Source of the DNA: Eubacteriales bacterium
GTDB taxonomy: Bacteria > Bacillota > Clostridia > Oscillospirales > CAG-382
DNA: 33,331 nt
NCBI GenBank assembly: GCA_045636665.1
Contig: JAZTXY010000008.1
Location: 1-33,331, forward strand
Direction: 5' to 3'
The notes below the pieces were generated by a model, which was given only the letters and a program-made list of their open reading frames with translations, had not been told where the DNA came from and searched no databases. Of this stretch, positions 27,269 to 33,331 are shown in pieces. Made by a program: the position numbers and the translations under genes. The stretch's first letter is position 1. The number at the start of each line of letters is the position of its first letter.

Positions 27269-27326
27269 CTGATTTATGATATAATTAGCAAGAAAATATT
27301 AATTTTTCTTAAAATTGGGTGATTTT

Positions 27327-27977
27327 ATGAAGAAAAATGTGCTTTTGACCTCTCCTTTGTTCAAGGAAATGAGCGCTTTTGACGTTGAACGAGCGTTGAA
27401 AATACTCGATTCGGTCGAAAAGGAATATACGAAAAACGAAATTCTTGCGCAAACCGGTACGAAATTAACACGCTTCGGCATTGTTCTTGACGGTACGGTG
27501 CAGGTCAGCTTTACCGACATCGACGGAAATTTGGTGCTTATGGCGAGCGTTACGGCAGGCGATGCCTTTGCCGAATCGCTTTGTTGGCTGGAGGTTTCGG
27601 AAATACCCGTTACCATTACCGCGTTTACCGATGCGCGCGTGCTTTGGCTCGACCCTTCGGCGCTTTCGGCAAACTGCTCCGACGAGCTTGTAACGGAGCT
27701 TCGCAACCGATTCGTTTCGATCCTTGCTTCAAAAACGCTTTCGATGAACGATAGGGTGCAGGTGCTTTCAAAGCCCTCTTTGCGGCAAAAGATTATCACC
27801 TTCCTTTCGCAGTACAGCAACAAAAATTCGTCAAAGACCTTTTCGATTCCCTTTGACCGCGAAAGCCTTGCGCTTTATTTGGGCGTAAACCGTTCGGCAC
27901 TCTCACGCGAGCTTTCAATGATGAAAAGCGAGGGGATTATCGATTTTTACAAAAATACCTTTAAAATCTCAAAATAG
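27327..27977 (+). CDS. Crp/Fnr-family transcriptional regulator
   Basis: SPLF..M, cNMP-binding-fold GIVLDGTV...GDAFAES, C-terminal HTH LRQKIITFL...IPFDRESLALYLGVNRSALSRELSMMKSEGII. Confidence 0.93.
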   Translation: MKKNVLLTSPLFKEMSAFDVERALKILDSVEKEYTKNEILAQTGTKLTRFGIVLDGTVQVSFTDIDGNLVLMASVTAGDAFAESLCWLEVSEIPVTITAFTDARVLWLDPSALSANCSDELVTELRNRFVSILASKTLSMNDRVQVLSKPSLRQKIITFLSQYSNKNSSKTFSIPFDRESLALYLGVNRSALSRELSMMKSEGIIDFYKNTFKISK

Positions 27978-28133
27978 GGTAACAAAAGTCGAACCCGATG
28001 CGCCTCACGACGGTAAATTTCGGCTTATTTACCCCGTTCTTTATTGCAATACGAGTGTATATCGGGGAATTATGATGATGTTATGGCGAAAATAGGCATT
28101 TCAAAATCGCATTGTGTTCAACTTTTGTTACCC
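27977..28133. mobile_element. Candidate MITE (157 bp) with terminal inverted repeats, flanked by TA
   Basis: 27975-28002 TAGGGTAACAAAAGTCGAACCCGATGCG versus the reverse complement of 28108-28135 TAGGGTAACAAAAGTTGAACACAATGCG: 25/28 identical; no coding capacity. Confidence 0.6.
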
Positions 28134-28178
28134 TACGTTGCATACGCAACGTAAATGATGCGAAATTTAGTATATAAT
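28134..28178 (+). promoter_or_regulatory. Palindromic operator plus -10 box: candidate Crp/Fnr-activated promoter of the ABC operon
   Basis: TACGTTGC-ATAC-GCAACGTA (28134-28153); TATAAT at 28173-28178; no recognisable -35. Confidence 0.72.
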
Positions 28179-28239
28179 GCCTACAACAGAAACAAATTAA
28201 AAATTTGTATTTTTAAAGTTTTGAAAAGAGGTGTTAATT

Positions 28240-29301
28240 ATGTCTGTTAAATCATTACTTGCATTAATGTTATCATTACTTATAACGGCGCTTGGCTTTG
28301 CAGGCTGTGCAACCGAAACGGTTGAAAATTCCGAGAATATCGGTGACGTATCTTTGGTAATTTCGGATAACGGCGAAAGCAAGACTGATGAAAGCAAGAC
28401 CGACGAAAAGGTAACCGTACGTCTTGCGGGAATGAAGGGCCCGACCTCGATCGGCTTGGTCGGTGTTCTTGAAAACGATGCCAACGGTATGGCTAAAAAC
28501 GAATATGAATTCACTCTTGCAGGCGCGGCGGATGAAATTACTCCCTTGCTTATCCAAGGCAAGCTTGATATCGCGGCTGTACCCGCAAACCTTGCAAGCG
28601 TTCTTTACAACAAGACCAACGGCGGAATCAAGCTTCTTGCCGTGAACAATCTCGGCGTACTTTATATTGTTGCCAAGGGCGAAAGCGTTGATTCAATCGA
28701 CGATTTAAAGGGCAAAACGATTTATGCGACCGGTAAGGGCACAACTCCCGAATTTACGCTTCGCAACATTCTTACAAAGAACGGCATCAATCCCGACAGT
28801 GACGTGACTATTGAATACAAGGCGGAAGCGACCGAGGTGGTTGCCGCTATATCGCAATCCGAAAACGCAATCGCAATGCTTCCTCAGCCCTACGTTACCG
28901 TTGCTTGCAACAAGGTTGAGGGACTCGAAATCGTGCTTGACCTTAACGAGGAATGGGGTAAGGTAAGCGAAGGCAGTATCGTTACGGGCGTTATCGTTGT
29001 CCGTGATGAGTTTGCAAAGGCAAATCCCGAAGCTATTAAGAAATTCCTTAATGAATACAAGGAATCGATAAACGCTGTCAACGCAGATGCAGCCGCTTCG
29101 GCAAAGCTCGTTGTAAAGCACGGCATTTTCGATAACGAGGGTGTTATTTCAAAGGCGATCCCTGCTTGTAACATCACCTATATCGCAGGTGCAGACCTTA
29201 AAAAGCCTGTCGGCGAATATCTTTCGGTTTTGTTTGCGCAAAATCCTCAATCTGTGGGCGGTAAGCTCCCCGGTGACGATTTCTATTACATAGCTGAATA
29301 A
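28240..29301 (+). CDS. ABC transporter substrate-binding lipoprotein (SsuA/TauA/NMT1-like)
   Basis: Lipobox FAGC; MKGPTSIGL, GKLDIAAVPANLASVLYNK, DLKGKTI...GKGTTPE, AMLPQPYV, VGGKLPGDDFYY; SD GAGGTG. Confidence 0.88.
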   Translation: MSVKSLLALMLSLLITALGFAGCATETVENSENIGDVSLVISDNGESKTDESKTDEKVTVRLAGMKGPTSIGLVGVLENDANGMAKNEYEFTLAGAADEITPLLIQGKLDIAAVPANLASVLYNKTNGGIKLLAVNNLGVLYIVAKGESVDSIDDLKGKTIYATGKGTTPEFTLRNILTKNGINPDSDVTIEYKAEATEVVAAISQSENAIAMLPQPYVTVACNKVEGLEIVLDLNEEWGKVSEGSIVTGVIVVRDEFAKANPEAIKKFLNEYKESINAVNADAAASAKLVVKHGIFDNEGVISKAIPACNITYIAGADLKKPVGEYLSVLFAQNPQSVGGKLPGDDFYYIAE

Positions 29302-29310
29302 TTACTGTTG

Positions 29311-29344
29311 CTTTATCCGAGGGGGAGATTCTTCTCGGATAAAG
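29311..29344 (+). other. Intercistronic stem-loop between the binding-protein and permease genes
   Basis: CTTTATCCGAGGGG-GAGATT-CTTCTCGGATAAAG; such hairpins typically stabilise the upstream mRNA or partially terminate. Confidence 0.65.
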
Positions 29345-29368
29345 TTTATTTAAAAAGGAGGAAGGGCA

Positions 29369-30130
29369 ATGCTTAATACAAGGAAAAAGAAAATAATCGC
29401 AAAAGCATCCGCCATCCTTTTGGCGCTTGTCGTTTGGCAGGCGGTAAGCATTTTCGTCGGCTCGGATATACTTTTGGTTTCGCCGATCGAGGTCGTAAAA
29501 CGGCTTTTCACCTTGGTTGCCGAATCGGAGTTTTTAACCACCGTTTGCTTCACTCTTTCGCGCATTGCTCTCGGCTTTTTCGCAGGGCTTGTTGTCGGTA
29601 CGCTTTTGGCGCTTCTTGCAGGTCGGTTCCAAATCGTCGAAATTTTGCTTTGGCCTTATATGATAACCGTCAAATCGGTGCCCGTTGCTTCGTTTGTCGT
29701 AATCGCGCTTATCTGGTTCGATGCAAGCGGACTTTCATCGCTTATTTCCTTCCTTATGGTTTTGCCAATTATCTACACCAATCTGCTTGACGGTATTAAA
29801 TCGGTCGATAAAAAGATGCTCGAAATGGCGGATGTGTTCAAAATGCCTCATTTTCGGCGGTTGCGCTTTATTTGGCTTCCGTCGGTCAAGCCGTTTTTGC
29901 TTTCGGGCTGTAAAATATCGCTCGGACTTGCTTGGAAATCGGGCGTTGCGGCAGAGCTTATCGGTTATCCCGAGGGCTCGGTGGGCGAAGCGCTTTATTA
30001 CTCGAAGCTCTTTCTTAATACCGCCGACCTTTTCGCTTGGACGGTCGTTATCGTGTTGCTTTCGGTCTGCTTTGAAAAGCTGTTTTTGTTTATTTTAAAG
30101 CGTATCTTAAAGGGGGTTGAAAGTATATGA
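29369..30130 (+). CDS. ABC transporter permease (SsuC/TauC-like)
   Basis: TLSRIALGF, KSVPVASF, EAA-loop GIKSVDKKMLEMADVF, LAWKSGVAAEL; SD AGGAGG. Confidence 0.92.
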   Translation: MLNTRKKKIIAKASAILLALVVWQAVSIFVGSDILLVSPIEVVKRLFTLVAESEFLTTVCFTLSRIALGFFAGLVVGTLLALLAGRFQIVEILLWPYMITVKSVPVASFVVIALIWFDASGLSSLISFLMVLPIIYTNLLDGIKSVDKKMLEMADVFKMPHFRRLRFIWLPSVKPFLLSGCKISLGLAWKSGVAAELIGYPEGSVGEALYYSKLFLNTADLFAWTVVIVLLSVCFEKLFLFILKRILKGVESI

Positions 30131-30690
30131 AATTAAAAAATATCAGTAAATCCTTTGGCGATAAAAGAGTTTTAAATAACCTTTCGGCCGATTTTGCAAA
30201 CGGCTCGAGGGTGTGTATTATGGGCGCATCGGGAAGCGGAAACACGACTCTGCTTAACGTTGTTTTGGGACTTATTAAGCCCGACAGCGGCGAAATTATC
30301 GATGCTCCCAATCAAATTTCGGCGGTCTTTCAGGAGGACCGTCTGTGCGAGCCCTATTCCGCCGTTGCTAACGTTTTGGCGGTTACCGGCAAGGAGATAT
30401 CGGAGGAAAAAATCGTTTCGCTGTTAGGCGAATTGAAGCTTGAGGGAAGCGAATATCTTCCCGTAAGCACTCTGTCGGGCGGTATGCGCCGCCGTGTTGC
30501 GCTTGCGCGTGCGTTACTCGCAAAGGGCGATATGCTTATCCTTGACGAGCCGTTTAAAGGGCTTGACGAGGAAACGCGAAGGGTGGTTATCGACGTAATA
30601 AACCGATATACAAAAGGGAAGACGCTGATAGTTTCGACCCACGATATCCGCGATGCTTCAGACCTACACGCCGAAATATTTAATTTGTAA
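30127..30690 (+). CDS. ABC transporter ATP-binding protein (SsuB/TauB-like) with variant Walker A
   Basis: GASGSGNTT (Lys replaced by Asn), Q-loop VFQE, LSGGMRRRV, Walker B LILDEPF, H-loop STHD. Confidence 0.9.
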   Translation: MKLKNISKSFGDKRVLNNLSADFANGSRVCIMGASGSGNTTLLNVVLGLIKPDSGEIIDAPNQISAVFQEDRLCEPYSAVANVLAVTGKEISEEKIVSLLGELKLEGSEYLPVSTLSGGMRRRVALARALLAKGDMLILDEPFKGLDEETRRVVIDVINRYTKGKTLIVSTHDIRDASDLHAEIFNL

Positions 30691-30693
30691 AAC

Positions 30694-30726
30694 AAAACCC
30701 CGAAAACGTGTGTTTTCGGGGTTTTT
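30694..30726. terminator. Bidirectional intrinsic terminator
   Basis: AAAACCCCGAAAAC-GTGT-GTTTTCGGGGTTTTT between convergent genes. Confidence 0.88.
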
Positions 30727-30737
30727 GTATGGCAGGA

Positions 30738-32705
30738 TCAGAAGGATTCGTCTACGAGTTCAATGTAGACAACACCGGAACCGTATGCCCAAGCGAGGAA
30801 GCGGTCGTGATAATCGTTAAAATTATCCTCCGAACAGCAGAACTGAACGAGCCAGAAGGAGTCCTCGCCCTCGTAAGCGGTGATGAGATAATGCATTCCG
30901 TATTCGCTGTTTTCATAAATGAAATAGGGGAGATCATCACCGTAAATTTCGCTTACGTTGCCTTGAACGTTATTGCGGATGATGGTGATATATTCTTCAA
31001 GTGTAAGCTCGACACCGATATCGTCGAATTTTTCTTCCAATACGAGAACCGCTACCTCTTCGCTGTCGAACACCGCGGTATAGCCTGCGGCAGATTTTTC
31101 TTCAAAGCCCTCGGGGAGACAAAGCACGAATCTATCGTCGATAATGTTAGAAACGAGTTCTTCATTACTGCCCTTGACCATTTGATAAAGGGTGGGGCAT
31201 TTTTCCTTGAATGCATTTTCGATCTTCGATTCGTCGAATTCTTCGATTTCGATATAATCGGTGATAGCTTCAAGTGTAACGTCCTTGTATTCGAGAGTTT
31301 CGGTAAAGGTAAGCGCGATTTCGTTTGTGCTTTCCTTGAAGGAAACAGTGCCGTTAAGGCTTACTTTTGTATCGGTTAAGGTGTAATTTGCGGTAAGCTT
31401 AAGGTCAAGCTTTTCGGTTTCGCCCGAACCGTTCGATTCAAAGGGACCGATTTCGAAGCTGTAGTTATTGCCGTTTTCAACGTAAGCGTAGGGGAACGAT
31501 ACGTTATCGCGCTCGGTGCCGAGCGAAGCGGTGCCTTTATGCTCGCCGTTTTTGTTGGTGCCTTCGATTTTAATAATCTCAACTTTTTCGCCGTCTTCCA
31601 TACCGCCGAACACGAATTTTTCGTTTTCGCCGTCAAGCGTGTAGGATATTGCGATATAGCCATGCTCGTCAAAATAATTACCTTCTGCGTCAACGGGGCC
31701 GACTTCGAGCTTGAAATTATCGCCTACGTAGCTTGTGTGAATTACAATGGTATCGAATTCGGGGCCTTCGTCCTCATCATCTTCGGATTCTTCGCCTACG
31801 ATAATAGATGTTTCCACAATTTCGGTAGTCTTTTCGCCAAGCTTGATTTCAACGTCAAGTGCAACCGATTTTTCGTCAACAACGGTGTTGATGAGCTTTA
31901 TCGATTCGGGAGCGCCGTCTTCTACAACCGTAAGACCGTCGGGAAGCATAGGCTTGATCGTTTCGTTTTTAAGAAGCGAATCGGTAAATTCCTTTGCGAT
32001 TGCTATTGCAGCTTCCTTGGGAACGGTAAGGGTAATAACGGTTGCTCCGTTATAGCTGTTTCCGTCAACGGTTACGTCCTTGGTTTCGGAAGTGAACATA
32101 TCGTCTTTGATATTGTTGCCGAAAGCGTTGACCGCGGAATCAAATATGTACTTTACAACCTCGGTATCGAAATTGTAAGCATCAATACCGGTTTCGGCGG
32201 AAATCGCAAGAAGCGGTTTTTCAAGCGAATCGAACAGGTCGGTTATAAAAATCTTCTTATTCGCATTATCGTATAAAATGCCGGCAGTCGGCTTTTCGCC
32301 CATAAACGAAAGCTCATAATCGATTTTCGAGAGTTGGGTGTCGGCATCGAAAGCTATATCCGCAGACACAGAAACGTCGCCGCCGAAAAGGTCAAGAGTA
32401 GCGCCTTCGATGTTGAGCTTGTCGATCTTAAACGAAATCTCTCCAACACTATCCTTGGGCTTGGTATTGCCCATTATCATATCAAAAATCTCGGCGCTTG
32501 TGTTTTCGCCGTTGATTTGGCTATCGGCAACCGTTTTAAAAAGCGAGGAGGTAAACAGCTCTTTCGGAGTAAGCTCCTTAACGCTTTCCTCTGCTGATGC
32601 TTCCGAGGAGGTGTCGGTGGCTGTTTCGTTATCGCAGGATGCAAAAGCAAAGACCGACAAAATCAAAACGAGCGCGGTAAATGCCGCAAAAAATCTTTTT
32701 TTCAT
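30738..32705 (-). CDS. Large acidic lipoprotein of unknown function
   Basis: MKKRFFAAFTALVLILSVFAFASC lipobox; SD AAGGAG; beta-rich acidic body; C-terminal segment FVLCLPEGFEE...FWLVQF reminiscent of PsbP/DcrB-like folds (inference). Confidence 0.75.
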   Translation of the reverse strand: MKKRFFAAFTALVLILSVFAFASCDNETATDTSSEASAEESVKELTPKELFTSSLFKTVADSQINGENTSAEIFDMIMGNTKPKDSVGEISFKIDKLNIEGATLDLFGGDVSVSADIAFDADTQLSKIDYELSFMGEKPTAGILYDNANKKIFITDLFDSLEKPLLAISAETGIDAYNFDTEVVKYIFDSAVNAFGNNIKDDMFTSETKDVTVDGNSYNGATVITLTVPKEAAIAIAKEFTDSLLKNETIKPMLPDGLTVVEDGAPESIKLINTVVDEKSVALDVEIKLGEKTTEIVETSIIVGEESEDDEDEGPEFDTIVIHTSYVGDNFKLEVGPVDAEGNYFDEHGYIAISYTLDGENEKFVFGGMEDGEKVEIIKIEGTNKNGEHKGTASLGTERDNVSFPYAYVENGNNYSFEIGPFESNGSGETEKLDLKLTANYTLTDTKVSLNGTVSFKESTNEIALTFTETLEYKDVTLEAITDYIEIEEFDESKIENAFKEKCPTLYQMVKGSNEELVSNIIDDRFVLCLPEGFEEKSAAGYTAVFDSEEVAVLVLEEKFDDIGVELTLEEYITIIRNNVQGNVSEIYGDDLPYFIYENSEYGMHYLITAYEGEDSFWLVQFCCSEDNFNDYHDRFLAWAYGSGVVYIELVDESF

Positions 32706-32753
32706 AATATTTGTCTCCTTTCGGGTTGTAGCAATAGTGTTTATTGCATTAGT

Positions 32754-32782
32754 ATTGTACACCTCGCTTGTTAAAAAGTCAA
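32754..32782 (-). promoter_or_regulatory. sigmaA promoter for the large lipoprotein
   Basis: Minus strand TTGACT, 17 bp, TACAAT. Confidence 0.65.
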
Positions 32783-32900
32783 GACTTATTTGTTACATCA
32801 ATATTGCGAAAATACGTTAATTGTGTAAATTATGCAATAAAGATTAGAAAACCGCGATCCTTCGGGGAAGTAAAAAATAATCGATTTTAGTGATCATAAA

Positions 32901-32928
32901 AATAAAAGAGTCGGAAAAACCGACTCTT
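32901..32928 (-). terminator. Intrinsic terminator for minus-strand transcription from the right end
   Basis: AAGAGTCGG-AAAAA-CCGACTCTT with an A-rich left flank (U-tail on the minus strand). Confidence 0.7.
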
Positions 32929-33093
32929 CCATAATTTGAAAAAGTATTGTCGCATAAAGTATTTCACCGAATCTGCACCAAAATCACACTAACATTCAAC
33001 GCCTTTCGGCTCGACAAATTGGAATTTGTTAGTTAATGACTTTCTGTTTCATAATACATTAGCCATTGCTTCTTTCATAATTTTCAAAATTGA

Positions 33094-33331
33094 CTAATCT
33101 GCAAAAAGTTCCGGATGTGCGGATAACCTATCTGCATCTGTAATTTGACGAATCACACGACAAGGATTTCCAACTGCCAGACTATGTGGTGGAATATCTT
33201 TTGTCACGACACTCCCTGCACCAATCACACATCCTTCTCCTATTGTTACACCACCACAAATGGTAACACTTGCCGCAATCCAACAATTATCTTCAATAGT
33301 AATTGGCGCAGTATATTCTAAATTGGTAACC
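33094..33331 (-). CDS. Sugar O-acetyltransferase (maltose/galactoside acetyltransferase, hexapeptide-repeat family), 3' part
   Basis: Manual translation: [78 protein letters not shown]; the start lies beyond the window. Confidence 0.92.
   Translation of the reverse strand, partial: VTNLEYTAPITIEDNCWIAASVTICGGVTIGEGCVIGAGSVVTKDIPPHSLAVGNPCRVIRQITDADRLSAHPELFAD

Noticed and set aside
26885..27322. Short ORFs 26885..27094, 26981..27187, 27057..27272, 27125..27322
   Set aside because: They overlap the hairpin array, the terminator and the tRNA, which explain the sequence better.
30708..32820. Plus-strand ORFs 30708..31379, 31539..32276, 32338..32820
   Set aside because: Antisense to the lipoprotein gene, which has its own promoter, SD and lipobox.

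Overview
A moderate-GC chromosomal window that looks like an uncultured Clostridia-type (Bacillota) anaerobe, judged from consensus sigmaA promoters, a dockerin protein, lipoproteins and gene content. In order it holds: the 5' part of secA (minus strand, runs off the window); mnmE-mnmG-rsmG without the usual oriC neighbours; a dockerin-bearing secreted protein; a divergent XRE regulator/small ORF pair; several lipoproteins and membrane proteins; a small alarmone synthetase; an ECF sigma factor with a ~370-aa C-terminal extension; a minus-strand block (GNAT, MFS, two SGNH esterase paralogues, MoxR-DUF58-membrane protein, GH127-like hydrolase, DUF4855-like surface protein); tRNA-Gln(UUG); a Crp/Fnr regulator with an SsuABC/TauABC-like ABC importer; a large lipoprotein; and the 3' end of an AT-rich sugar O-acetyltransferase gene. 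The most unusual signals are non-coding. Two intergenic arrays (about 8040-8230 and 26905-27090) alternate a fixed short linker with sequence-variable but perfectly paired mini-hairpins, mostly with C-GNA-G loops, in two inverted halves. A 157-bp TA-flanked element with 28-bp inverted repeats sits on the crp stop codon, next to a class-II-positioned palindrome. The ABC ATPase has a Walker A Lys-to-Asn change. A 7-2-7 palindrome lies at the edge of the AT-rich segment. Family names come from motif recognition by eye, not from database searches.
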